From Patescibacteria group bacterium (GTDB lineage Bacteria; Patescibacteriota; Minisyncoccia; Portnoybacterales; UBA2143): a stretch of DNA of 64,000 nucleotides. Made by a program: the position numbers and the translations under genes. The notes under the pieces are model-generated. The model saw only the letters and a program-made list of their open reading frames with translations. It was not told the DNA's origin and did no database searches. Location: NCBI GenBank assembly GCA_018830295.1, contig JAHJSM010000002.1:115131-179130 (forward strand). The letters are read 5' to 3'. How positions within the stretch are numbered: the first letter of the stretch is position 1; each line of letters opens with the position of its first letter. Shown piece after piece: positions 41,395 to 50,863 of the stretch.

Positions 41395-42360
41395 TCACAA
41401 AACAATATCCTCAAGCCCGTCTTTGATTAATTTAACAAGTTTACGAATTTGCTTCTCGTTTTTTACAGTTTTAGGAAAATCTTTCAATCGCTTAATAATC
41501 TCTGTTGACGATAACAATTTGGCCCAACCTTCCATTCCGAAAGCGATCCAACCACCCGACGGGTTAATCTCTACTAATCCTATTAACTTTGGTCTTGGAC
41601 CAGTTGAATGTAAATATTCCAACCCGATTGACTTGCTTCTATACCTAATCCTGACATTATTATTCCCCTGCGATATTTTATAAAATTCATCTTTAGCCAA
41701 CATCAAAGCGTTATAAACTTCCTCCGGATAATTATTTGCCAATTCCGTAAAATCATCATCCGTGATTTTAACCGTTTTAATACTTGTCTTAAAATCTTCG
41801 CATTTCTTTAAAAACTCCTTTCGCGCTTCTTTTATATTCTTATTCTTAGACAATAACGCCATAACGGCCTTATTCAATTCTCCAGCGCCGCTCGATAAAC
41901 TATCCTTGCTGACTAATAAATATAATTTAGATAAAATATTTTTGCCGTTTTTGCCCAACAAATCATTCAAATTAAATTCCATTATCGGCTCAACTTCATT
42001 CAGATTATCTAAATTCCCCAAAGAAGAATACAAAGCCGTATGCTGTCCTGATGTGATTATTATAAAGGGCGTTTTAATCTTAAAAGTATACTCCAAGCAT
42101 TGGTTTAGATGTCTTTTGATTTGTTCTTCCCACGCTTTAGTTTCCACGATCAAGATTGGTTTGAATTTCTCATCAATGACCACTATATCAGCGCTAAGCC
42201 GCTCAAAATCTAAATGCCGAACAATGTCATATCCCAAAAATTGAAGCAAGGGCAATACTATCTTAATCTTTACATTCTCCTCCGACCCCCTCCTCCCGGC
42301 AACAATATCCCTACTCGGCTCAATTGATTTTATGATTTTAAGAAATTCAGATTTTTTCAT
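41395..42360 (-). CDS. HsdR_N-like PD-(D/E)XK nuclease protein
   Basis: SEENVKIKIVLPLL..LGY, ADI..IVETK and Q..EY motifs. Confidence 0.75.
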   Translation of the reverse strand: MKKSEFLKIIKSIEPSRDIVAGRRGSEENVKIKIVLPLLQFLGYDIVRHLDFERLSADIVVIDEKFKPILIVETKAWEEQIKRHLNQCLEYTFKIKTPFIIITSGQHTALYSSLGNLDNLNEVEPIMEFNLNDLLGKNGKNILSKLYLLVSKDSLSSGAGELNKAVMALLSKNKNIKEARKEFLKKCEDFKTSIKTVKITDDDFTELANNYPEEVYNALMLAKDEFYKISQGNNNVRIRYRSKSIGLEYLHSTGPRPKLIGLVEINPSGGWIAFGMEGWAKLLSSTEIIKRLKDFPKTVKNEKQIRKLVKLIKDGLEDIVL

Positions 42361-42408
42361 TTTTTGTATTATACCAAAAAACCACCCTCTTGGCGATTCC
42401 TCCCCTAA

Positions 42409-42439
42409 GGGGACAGTCCCCGCGGCAGGGACTGTCCCC
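42409..42439. repeat. REP-like palindrome; related copies near 45039, 47308, 50782, 57511, 59621
   Basis: GGGGACAGTCCC-N-GGGACTGTCCCC. Confidence 0.85.
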
Positions 42440-42465
42440 GTCATAGTAAATCCCCTCCAAATCTT

Positions 42466-42699
42466 TTACTCCCCCTTATCCTCCCTAAACCTATTCCTAA
42501 GATATTCCTTTTCTAATTTCAAAGATTTGATTTTAATCTCAAATAACTCTTTTTCCTTCTTAATCTCATCATCTATTAAACTCAATCTACCCATAGTTTC
42601 TAAAAACTCATCCTGCTTCATAGGCCTTATCCCCCTCGGTCTCATTCTCTTAACCCTCTTTTGAACTTCTTTTTTATTTGTTTTTTTATTTTTTGTCAT
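42466..42699 (-). CDS. Small basic coiled-coil protein whose 3' end recurs three more times
   Basis: Intact 77-aa ORF; tail KEYLRNRFREDKGE repeated elsewhere. Confidence 0.6.
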   Translation of the reverse strand: MTKNKKTNKKEVQKRVKRMRPRGIRPMKQDEFLETMGRLSLIDDEIKKEKELFEIKIKSLKLEKEYLRNRFREDKGE

Positions 42700-42775
42700 G
42701 GTTTTGTTTATTAATCAATTTCTTTAATTCTTCAAATTGCTTATCCCCTTTTATGGTCTTCTGTCAAAAAAATAT

Positions 42776-43327
42776 TTAATCATAACAAACACCAGGATTT
42801 CTTTCTGCCGGCGTTTTCCAATCTATCCCATATTTATCTTTTAAGATTCGTTTTTGTTCATCCCAAAACAGATGACAATATCCTAATGTCTTTCGCGTGA
42901 AAATAAGATTTCTTTCTGCTTCTTTAGCCGCCTTTTTAATAATAATTTTTATTTCTGGGTCATTTTCTTGAGGGTTATAACTCTGTAAAATTTCCATATA
43001 AAAATGCTCTGCCCATTCTTTGGCTGTTTTAAAATCAGACGCCCTTACGCTGTTTTTATAAACATCGTTATTGTATTTTAATTTATAATTTATTTTGACC
43101 CATTTATCCGCATTCACGCTCATATCTGTAATTTCCACGCCCTCAACTCGCTTTAGGCATTCCTTATCCATCCTGCCAAGATTTTCTTTCAGGACAATAT
43201 CAAACTCTCTGTAAATTTCTTCTTTAGCAAAAGGCCATTCAGCGCTAAAAATCCCCGATTGTCCATCCTCGGCAATTTCCCGCTCGCCCGCCTTAAAAAA
43301 GTTTTTAATAAATTTTACAAATTTCAT
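42776..43327 (-). CDS. Hypothetical protein
   Basis: 183-aa ORF co-oriented in the array. Confidence 0.6.
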   Translation of the reverse strand: MKFVKFIKNFFKAGEREIAEDGQSGIFSAEWPFAKEEIYREFDIVLKENLGRMDKECLKRVEGVEITDMSVNADKWVKINYKLKYNNDVYKNSVRASDFKTAKEWAEHFYMEILQSYNPQENDPEIKIIIKKAAKEAERNLIFTRKTLGYCHLFWDEQKRILKDKYGIDWKTPAERNPGVCYD

Positions 43328-43415
43328 AATTACTCATCAAAAATTAAACTTTTAATATATTTATCCCAACCGCCGCCTCCGTATAGATTTTAGCGCCTTT
43401 CCTCCTTTTTCTTAA

Positions 43416-43898
43416 CTAAGGCATAAAGTCGCGAAACCATTTCCTGATTCTTTCGCTCCTAGACGGAATTATTTTCTCAATAGACGCGAAATTTTCTTTT
43501 TCGTAAATGTCAAAAACCTTAAAAGCAATTTTTTTTAAATAGTTCTTAAAATATTCTCTGTCATTCTCGCATTTCATTTTGTTAATAAGATTTGATAAAT
43601 ATTCTTTCTCCTTGCCATGCTCTGAATCACACTCCATAGAATCAAATGTTTGAAAAATAAGGGATTGAATATGATCGCTCATTGAGCCCACATACCAAGC
43701 GCCCGGAAAATATCTCCCAAATTGCATTTTATGCACTTTCATTGACCCTGCAAGCATATCTATAAAATTAAGATGTTCGCTAATGTCTTCTTTAATCTCT
43801 ATACCACACTTAGGACATTTTATCCCTTTTTTATAGGGAACAAAGATAGCCCCGCATTGAGAACACTTAAAATTAGGTTTTTTAATATGGAGAGTCAT
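43416..43898 (-). CDS. Zinc-ribbon hypothetical protein
   Basis: CSQCG...CPKCG. Confidence 0.6.
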   Translation of the reverse strand: MTLHIKKPNFKCSQCGAIFVPYKKGIKCPKCGIEIKEDISEHLNFIDMLAGSMKVHKMQFGRYFPGAWYVGSMSDHIQSLIFQTFDSMECDSEHGKEKEYLSNLINKMKCENDREYFKNYLKKIAFKVFDIYEKENFASIEKIIPSRSERIRKWFRDFMP

Positions 43899-43935
43899 GT
43901 TTTATAAAATACCTTCTGGCGGCATATGTTTTAAA

Positions 43936-44511
43936 TTATTTCAATCTTTTTACTATCCCCTCAAATTGCTCATCCCATTTTACGGTCGCGTGGGGACTTC
44001 TACCCAAATAAGAAGGATGATAAAATGAAATATCACGAAGCGAAGAATAATATATTTTAGACAATTCAACATTTAATTCCTTAAGATTTTTTCTGAAAAG
44101 CGTTTCAACATTACCACCCATTAAAACAACAATCTGTGGATTATAACATTCTATTTCTTCTTTTAAACATTTTCTAAAATTGTCGTTAGAATACCATTCT
44201 TCTTTAAATTTTTTAGGTTTAACCTTTGCTTTCCCTTCTCTTTTGACCATATCGGTTACATAAACTTTTCCCAAATTATGTTTCTTCAAAAAACACTGAA
44301 AACCAACATCAATAAATGTTGCGTTGTAATTCCCTAAATATCTCAAATGTTTTGATTGTGGTTTTAAAAAATAATCTGACGGCTTTTGCCCAATAAACAT
44401 TATCTTATATTTCTCCTTCTCTTCCGGTGGAATAAAATTTCCCGCCAGCCAATTGCCGCCATTTTTTTTGTTATATCTATCAAAAATCTCTTGTAATTTT
44501 TTGTCTAACAT
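43936..44511 (-). CDS. Uracil-DNA glycosylase superfamily protein
   Basis: MFIGQKPS, YVTDMVK, IVVLMG and YHPSY motifs. Confidence 0.72.
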   Translation of the reverse strand: MLDKKLQEIFDRYNKKNGGNWLAGNFIPPEEKEKYKIMFIGQKPSDYFLKPQSKHLRYLGNYNATFIDVGFQCFLKKHNLGKVYVTDMVKREGKAKVKPKKFKEEWYSNDNFRKCLKEEIECYNPQIVVLMGGNVETLFRKNLKELNVELSKIYYSSLRDISFYHPSYLGRSPHATVKWDEQFEGIVKRLK

Positions 44512-44531
44512 AAATTTTATCCCCAAATCCC

Positions 44532-44786
44532 CTACCCCACAAACCAACAACCTTCTATGCATCCCTCTATCGGAAATATTATTTCTTCATCCAATTCTTC
44601 CAAAAACTTATCAAAACTTTCTCCCGACAATAGGAACGAACCCCAAAATAGAATCAAAACCGAGCAAAACACAACCAACAAAGACAAGGCGGCTATTCTT
44701 CTAATCGCTCCCAATGTTTGTTTGATTTTTTCTTTCATATTCTTTTCTAATTTCTTTTTCAAATTCATCTTTATCTTCATAATCAA
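44532..44786 (-). CDS. Small membrane protein (start uncertain)
   Basis: Hydrophobic segment; co-oriented. Confidence 0.4.
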   Translation of the reverse strand: MIMKIKMNLKKKLEKNMKEKIKQTLGAIRRIAALSLLVVFCSVLILFWGSFLLSGESFDKFLEELDEEIIFPIEGCIEGCWFVG

Positions 44787-44991
44787 GATTTACTTTAAGT
44801 TCAAATATTTTATACACAAACAAAATAATCCCAATTATCCCAGATAAATCTATTAAAAAATTTAAACTTATATTGTCCGTATAATGGAAGTTTCCGATCA
44901 GATTTAAGCGAGAAAAAGTAAATAAACCAAAAATAATTCCCCAAACCACAAATAAACTTTCAATAAATTTTTTAAAGTCTTTCATATTCAA
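44701..44991 (-). CDS. Two-TM hypothetical protein
   Basis: Two hydrophobic segments. Confidence 0.5.
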   Translation of the reverse strand: MNMKDFKKFIESLFVVWGIIFGLFTFSRLNLIGNFHYTDNISLNFLIDLSGIIGIILFVYKIFELKVNLDYEDKDEFEKEIRKEYERKNQTNIGSD

Positions 44992-45071
44992 ATTTCTTTT
45001 AAATCTTTTATTTATTCTACCAAAAAGGTTCCTCTCTTAGGGACAGTCCCTGCCATAGTTTTGTTTTTTAA

Positions 45072-46781
45072 TTAATAAACTGTCACTTTTTGGGTGCATT
45101 GATTATCATAATAATATTCATAATCCAAACCGCTAAAAAAATACCCGGGATAATAAGTCGCCTTAACACACCAAGACACCACTTTTTGAGTACAACTACT
45201 ATCCCAATAATTATCATAACCATCCCAATATCTGTCCGAATAATATGTGGAAAATCTGCACACTTTTGCCGTTTGAGAACATTGAGAATCATAATAATAT
45301 TCACCCCCGCTAATAAAATATCCCGAAGGGCTTGTAGATTTAGAACATCCCCTTACCATCAATTGAGAACAACTACTATCCCAATAAAAATCTGTTCCTG
45401 GGGGTTTAACATAGTATTGTTGAAAAGATAAACAGTAAATCTGATTATTGCATTGACTATCCGTATAAAAATTGACACCATCAGAATAGGCAGAAAAATC
45501 AGAAGAATATTCGCAAGGTTTTTCATATTGGGGATAAACATCAATAGTTTTGCCAGAAGGAATTCTTATTATAGTTGCGCGAGTATTGCGATAACTGTCA
45601 GGAATTTCGCCTCCAACAAAATCTTTGTTCGTGGTTTCAATATAATAATAACATCTACCATCAACTTCATAATATGTCCCCGAAACATCACAATTCATAT
45701 AGACACCCACCGCCATATGCCCTGGCAACAAAATAAGAACAGAACCATATCCCATTGCGTCAATAATAGAAGCTGTTAAATAACTGGTATCTTCGCAATC
45801 TCCATTTTTTTCAAAAAATGTCTCAATGGGATATTTAGGATATTCATCATAACCGGTAAAAATATCTTTTACATACGGCAAGTTTTGCACAAAAGATACG
45901 GCCAACCAAACCTCACTGATATTGCTCTTATCATTAGCGCCTTTTGAAATTTTCTCACTTATCTTTTTGATAAAGGGATCATCACTGGTAATATATTCTA
46001 AACTTTCAGGAGAGCTTCTTGGCTTTGCTTTATAATAATCATACCAATCTTCTTGAATTGACTCTATCCAATTCCAATCATAACCACCATAGTTCCAAGT
46101 GAATGTTTGAGGCATATTCCGCCCTCCGCCCGCAGGATGGGTGTCTTTATTGTCAACTATCCCATCACCATCAGAATCCGAATTTAAATCAGAGGTTCCT
46201 AATTTTAACTCTTCTCTGTATGTTAAACTGTCGCCATCTATGTCGGCATTCATTCTTTCTTCTTCAGCTTCGTTTTCTGATAATTCTTGTTCTTTTAATT
46301 TTCTCTCAAACTCTTCCTGTTTTGCTTTTACTTCGGCTCGACTCCTTTTAATTGCTTCCTGCCGAGTTTTTTCTTCTGCCTCATCTTTTGCTACTTCAGC
46401 TTCTCTTTTTGCCACTTCTGCTTCATCTCTTTTAGTAGTTTCTTCTTGAGCCACTTTATTCGCTCTCCCTTCTTTAATCTTACTTAAATCGGCTTCTTGG
46501 CTCAATTCTTCCATCTTAAAATTCTTCTCCCAAGAAATTTTATAAATTAAATTAGAAATATTATTGAAAACGGGCTTATCGGATAAATAACCAGCGAATT
46601 CTTTGCCAAGAGCGTAATCATAGAAAATAAAATTTAAAGCAACAACCCCGACAATAGACCAAATAACTATTTCTTTGGGAATATTCTTTTTAAATAATAA
46701 AAAAGACGCAGTTAAACTGCGCTTCCAATTAAACACTATCCCCTCTAAAACTTTTTTCTGTTTTTCGAGATATTTTTTCAT
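45072..46781 (-). CDS. Surface transglutaminase-like protein with DxDGD loops and C-terminal Cys/Tyr repeats
   Basis: TM, coiled coil, DIDGD/DSDGDG, GDCED/GH/IETT, five Y[YWT]D[SN].C repeats. Confidence 0.75.
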   Translation of the reverse strand: MKKYLEKQKKVLEGIVFNWKRSLTASFLLFKKNIPKEIVIWSIVGVVALNFIFYDYALGKEFAGYLSDKPVFNNISNLIYKISWEKNFKMEELSQEADLSKIKEGRANKVAQEETTKRDEAEVAKREAEVAKDEAEEKTRQEAIKRSRAEVKAKQEEFERKLKEQELSENEAEEERMNADIDGDSLTYREELKLGTSDLNSDSDGDGIVDNKDTHPAGGGRNMPQTFTWNYGGYDWNWIESIQEDWYDYYKAKPRSSPESLEYITSDDPFIKKISEKISKGANDKSNISEVWLAVSFVQNLPYVKDIFTGYDEYPKYPIETFFEKNGDCEDTSYLTASIIDAMGYGSVLILLPGHMAVGVYMNCDVSGTYYEVDGRCYYYIETTNKDFVGGEIPDSYRNTRATIIRIPSGKTIDVYPQYEKPCEYSSDFSAYSDGVNFYTDSQCNNQIYCLSFQQYYVKPPGTDFYWDSSCSQLMVRGCSKSTSPSGYFISGGEYYYDSQCSQTAKVCRFSTYYSDRYWDGYDNYWDSSCTQKVVSWCVKATYYPGYFFSGLDYEYYYDNQCTQKVTVY

Positions 46782-46873
46782 GATAATTGATATCAACTCT
46801 ATTTTACATTTGGCTATTCTTGCTCTAAAAAATAAAGCCCGCTTTGAAAGCGGGCAAAAAAATATTTTCAATT

Positions 46874-47218
46874 TTACCAACCATATAAGCTTTTTCTATT
46901 GTTCCAAGTATATCCGTCCGAATAAGTCTTAAAATGACCCTGAACATATGTCCCCGTGCTTGGTTTATAGTAACTACTTTGCCATTTTAGCCCGCTGTTG
47001 TATGAAGGGTAACTTCTTGTAGAGTAAGAATTGCTATAAGAGGGAGTATAACTGTTATAACTTGAGTATGAAGGCGAACTCCGATAATAACTGCTGACAT
47101 ATGTCCCGTTGCTCTTATAATATCCGCTAACCCACCCGGCATGAGCAGGTGTAGAAAATAAAAATCCCAAGATCATAAAAAAGGCTACCGCTAACGCAAA
47201 TGATAATAATTTTTTCAT
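46874..47218 (-). CDS. Secreted Tyr/Ser-rich protein
   Basis: Signal peptide ending AHA; two YYK..GTYV repeats. Confidence 0.7.
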   Translation of the reverse strand: MKKLLSFALAVAFFMILGFLFSTPAHAGWVSGYYKSNGTYVSSYYRSSPSYSSYNSYTPSYSNSYSTRSYPSYNSGLKWQSSYYKPSTGTYVQGHFKTYSDGYTWNNRKSLYGW

Positions 47219-47415
47219 AAAGTTATAATTTACTTTTTACAATTTAATGCTAACAAAAACAATAATCTTTGTCAAAGCGAAAAAGATTCCTGACGGCTTT
47301 TTTCCAAGGGAACAGTCCCCCGTCCGCGGGGGCTGCCCCCGTCATCTCTTTCTTTGAAATATTATTTTAGTTTAAAAAAAATTCCCGACATCTTCAATTA
47401 AATTTAGTTTGTTGA

Positions 47416-47847
47416 TTATTTAATTCCCAAAAGAAAATAAAGAAGATAATTATATCCCGAATGGATAGCGATAGCCGTTAGAAGTCCTAAAACAGGTTTC
47501 TTTTTGTTAATGAAATAACAAAGAATTATAGCCGCTATTACATGGATTAGTATTGGATAAACCGAAACAGAAATTCCTTTGTTGATATATCGGACAATGG
47601 CTTCTAACACTCCCCAGCCAAGACCAAAGAAAAAACTATAAGAAACTTTTATTTTCCAAATTAAAATTGAAAAATATCTGCCTAATTCTTCATAGAGAGG
47701 AGAAAAAATGACAGGAAGCGCCAAAATAAAAAAATTATTTTCTATGCTGTTAAGTTTAATTGTAATTAAAACAAGAATTAAAAACAACAATCCGAAGCCG
47801 ATTATGCCCGCAAAAAAAGTGACTAAAATATTAATTAGGCGGATCAT
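47416..47847 (-). CDS. PrsW/YhfC-like intramembrane glutamic protease
   Basis: YEE..RY, G.GWG..E, H and H..YN motifs in TM segments. Confidence 0.65.
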   Translation of the reverse strand: MIRLINILVTFFAGIIGFGLLFLILVLITIKLNSIENNFFILALPVIFSPLYEELGRYFSILIWKIKVSYSFFFGLGWGVLEAIVRYINKGISVSVYPILIHVIAAIILCYFINKKKPVLGLLTAIAIHSGYNYLLYFLLGIK

Positions 47848-48002
47848 TGTGTCGCAGTGGTTTTTTACTGGCAAGCGGACAAACAAAAAAGGGCACCCGC
47901 TTACCGACAGCCCTTTCGGAACTGTCTACTGCCTTTCGGCAGCAACCACTGCGACATGATGATAAGACGGATGCCCGTCTTTATATCGCAGTGGATTTTT
48001 TA
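47848..48002 (-). ncRNA. Candidate structured leader RNA with alternative pairings
   Basis: Long closing stem enclosing three hairpins, two with GAAA tetraloops; upstream competing repeat. Confidence 0.55.
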
Positions 48003-48149
48003 CCATACCTTATAGACCAAACTATAAGGGTTAGGCAATCAAATTGTTATTTGTAGATTAGCATAAATCAGAAATTTTTGGAAGCATGCGAAAAGATTAA
48101 ATTAATTTGAAAAAGGTCATCAGGAACTTTTTTATCGTTAAAGCGGAAA

Positions 48150-48526
48150 TTATCCAATAAGTTTCTGAATGTCTTCTTGGCTAAACTCTTTTTTGTAATC
48201 AATTAATTTGGGATGACTAATGCTTCGCAATTCCGCGTCGTAGGTTGCCATGATGCTCCTTGCTCTTTTTTGGTAAACCATCCAGTTCCTCTGCGAGGCA
48301 AATTCATCAAACTTATTTAAGCCATCAAATCCATCGCCAAATTTGGCGAAGGCTATAAAAAAATCGAGATTTTCTGTAAAATCATATTTATCAATCCTGT
48401 CTTTTATCCAATTTGAAAAATCCCTGCCAACGCCGAGCCATTGATACAATTCTCTGGCGTTAACAAATTTTTTTTCTCGCCATTAAAATCTTTTTGAATT
48501 ACTTTGATATTTATAAGGTCGTTCAT
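48150..48526 (-). pseudogene. Frameshifted, chimeric AntA/AntB antirepressor
   Basis: VNARELYQWL..DFSNWIKDRI motif; frame break in an A8 run near 48468-48475. Confidence 0.7.
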
Positions 48527-48939
48527 TGTTTTGAATTATTTTTTTACATTATATCAAAAAACCGCCCAAAAGGCGATTTTTATATTTCCTAAAAAAGGTC
48601 AGGCCTTTCGAGTAGAGACATTTCTTAAGGTCTCGCTCAGAAGGTCTGACCTTTTTTCACCCCCTGTATTTCTCCCCAAACCCCCTCTAAATCTTTTATT
48701 CCCCCTTATCCTCCCTAAACCTATTCTTAAGATATTCCTTCTCTAATGCGCGCGCCCGAAGCCTGGCTTCGGGAGTGGGCTTCGAGAGTAAAAATATTTT
48801 GCATTTTATAATTTTATTTTCAAATCCCCTCCAAATCTTTTATTTATTTCCTAAAAAGGCTCCTGACGACTTTCTCTGATATTTCTCCACAAAAATAAGG
48901 ACAGAAGTTTATTTTCTGTCCTTAAATGATTGAATTTGT

Positions 48940-49380
48940 TCAAATCGTAATATCAGTCACATCGCCGTAAAGCAATAACAAATCTTTTGGATTGAATTTC
49001 ATCCCAGTAAATTCATCGCCACCTGCTCCTATAACATAAGGTTTTTCCATTAAATTAGCATCAATCACAACCTTGCACTTGTCAAAAAACGCGTATGGCG
49101 GAAGTCCTCCAATTTTAAAACCCGTTAGTTTTTCCACTTCTTCTGGTTTCGCGAAAGAAATTTTTGAGACATCAAAATATTTCTTTATCTTTTTAGTATC
49201 AATTTTTTTATCACCGCTAATTATTGCTGCCAAAAATTGATTTCCAGATTTTAATAAAATACTTTTAATTATAGAGGATGACTTTTCGGAAAGCGCCAAA
49301 GCGGCATTTTCGGTTTGAGCGCCGCTTTTTTTATGTCTTAATATTTTACATTTAGATTTGAATTTTTCTATATTGTTCAT
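48940..49380 (-). CDS. YbaK/ProX aminoacyl-tRNA editing domain protein
   Basis: IIKSILL and TGFKIGGLPP motifs. Confidence 0.85.
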   Translation of the reverse strand: MNNIEKFKSKCKILRHKKSGAQTENAALALSEKSSSIIKSILLKSGNQFLAAIISGDKKIDTKKIKKYFDVSKISFAKPEEVEKLTGFKIGGLPPYAFFDKCKVVIDANLMEKPYVIGAGGDEFTGMKFNPKDLLLLYGDVTDITI

Positions 49381-49402
49381 AATACGCCCCTGTCGCGTTA
49401 AT

Positions 49403-49948
49403 TTACTTCTGATTATACCAACAAGTCGGATCGCTGTTAAGATAATCGCCTGTGTGATGCAATGCTGTCCCTCTACAACCATAGCATATTTGGCTATGTT
49501 TGCATATTTTACATTGCCCTTTTATCATATCCCGAATATTTCGTACATTCTGGAAAATAGATGAACCCTTGATAATTTCAGCAATCTTTTCTCTCGAAAT
49601 TATTCGCACTTGAACTTTTTGTTCTCCTAAAATTACAGATTTTACTAAACGGTGAAGACCATCAAGAATCAACCATCTTCCTTTATTCTTCATAATATCA
49701 ATAGGATGAGATAAATCAGCTTTCATTGTTCTTTTGTATTCTATTTTATATTTTTCAGGATGATTAATTACATCTTTTGGCTTTAATATATACCAAATAT
49801 TATTCTCATTCCAAAATGGAATATCAAAATGCCATTCCAACTCTTTAATATCCATTCGAGCAATAGGCACATCAAGCGCCCAAACCCTTCTTTCATCCCA
49901 ATCAAAATCAAAACCAACTTCTTCTATAATTTTTGGTATTTTTTCCAT
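49403..49948 (-). CDS. ParB/Srx-like domain fused to a SPASM C-terminal fragment
   Basis: ILDGLHRL; tail CKIC....ICYGCR...DPTC. Confidence 0.7.
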   Translation of the reverse strand: MEKIPKIIEEVGFDFDWDERRVWALDVPIARMDIKELEWHFDIPFWNENNIWYILKPKDVINHPEKYKIEYKRTMKADLSHPIDIMKNKGRWLILDGLHRLVKSVILGEQKVQVRIISREKIAEIIKGSSIFQNVRNIRDMIKGQCKICKHSQICYGCRGTALHHTGDYLNSDPTCWYNQK

Positions 49949-50182
49949 ATCTCCAATCCCCCTCCAAATCTTTTATTTATTTTCTTAAAAGATTCCTGAC
50001 TATTTATATTATTATTTACAAGATTAAAAGATAATATAGCATATTATATTATTATTTATAACTCCCCCTCAAACGCCTTTTTCGGAACCGATTTTTTCAA
50101 TTTTTTTTTATTCCCCCTTATCCTCCTTAAACCTATTCTTAAGATATTCCTTCTCTAATTTCAAAGATTTTATTTCTATTTT

Positions 50183-50740
50183 TTATATATTTTTGGCTTT
50201 ATTCAATATATTACCGATCATCCAATACTTAAAACAACCAATATTCAAATAATCATATTTTTCCGAATTAAATAAATCAGAATAACCATTCTTTTTTATA
50301 TATTTACCAAAATCATCAAATGTTTTTTTATCATCATTAGATAAATTATCTCTTATAATATAATAATGTGGCACTTGCGGCATTGTTTTTGCAAATGTCC
50401 AAGCGCATCGATCTATAAAGTTTTCAATATATCTGATATATTCTTTAACTGATTTTGCCACCGTCTTTTCGTTTATGTTCCTTTCTTTACAATATGACAT
50501 TTTAAACCAATCTAATAATTTTTTATTACCGCGACTTGAATTACAACTTCCACAACAAATAACTACAGTAGAAGAATTATTCCAAGGAGGTAAATAGTTT
50601 AAATGTTCTATTGTTGCCCAATCCTTTCGACAACTATCATTACTGGGTTTAACCATTCTTTTATGACAATAAACACAAGTTTTGTCTCTTGATTTAATTT
50701 TATCTAATTCTGCATCTGGTATTCCGTATTTATTTTTCAT
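50183..50740 (-). CDS. HNH endonuclease with extra C-terminal domain
   Basis: CVYC..ATIEH..CCGSCNSSRG; then WTFAKTMP..PHYY. Confidence 0.78.
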   Translation of the reverse strand: MKNKYGIPDAELDKIKSRDKTCVYCHKRMVKPSNDSCRKDWATIEHLNYLPPWNNSSTVVICCGSCNSSRGNKKLLDWFKMSYCKERNINEKTVAKSVKEYIRYIENFIDRCAWTFAKTMPQVPHYYIIRDNLSNDDKKTFDDFGKYIKKNGYSDLFNSEKYDYLNIGCFKYWMIGNILNKAKNI

Positions 50741-50863
50741 AAATTATTTAAAATTCCTTTCAAATCTTTTTTTATCCCCAAGGGGACAGTCCCTGCGGCG
50801 GGGACTGTCCCCGTCATAGTTCTGGTCGGCTTTCGGATAGCCGAATGGGTTTTTATTTATTCC

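Larger units (their letters stand above)
32128..48581 (-). repeat. Dispersed fused terminator-promoter module, 8 copies starting at 32128, 34735, 36026, 37916, 38779, 41345, 42368, 48548
   Basis: Minus-strand consensus AATCGCC-N5-GGCGGTTTTTTGGTATAAT. Confidence 0.85.

Noticed and set aside
41339-42444. N-terminal extensions in the ORF track containing FWYN or GTVP (also at 32184 and 36070)
   Set aside because: These are translations of the promoter and REP modules; real starts lie downstream
33830-48526. Prophage suggested by Bro-N and AntA
   Set aside because: No terminase, capsid, tail or phage integrase genes; these are isolated cargo
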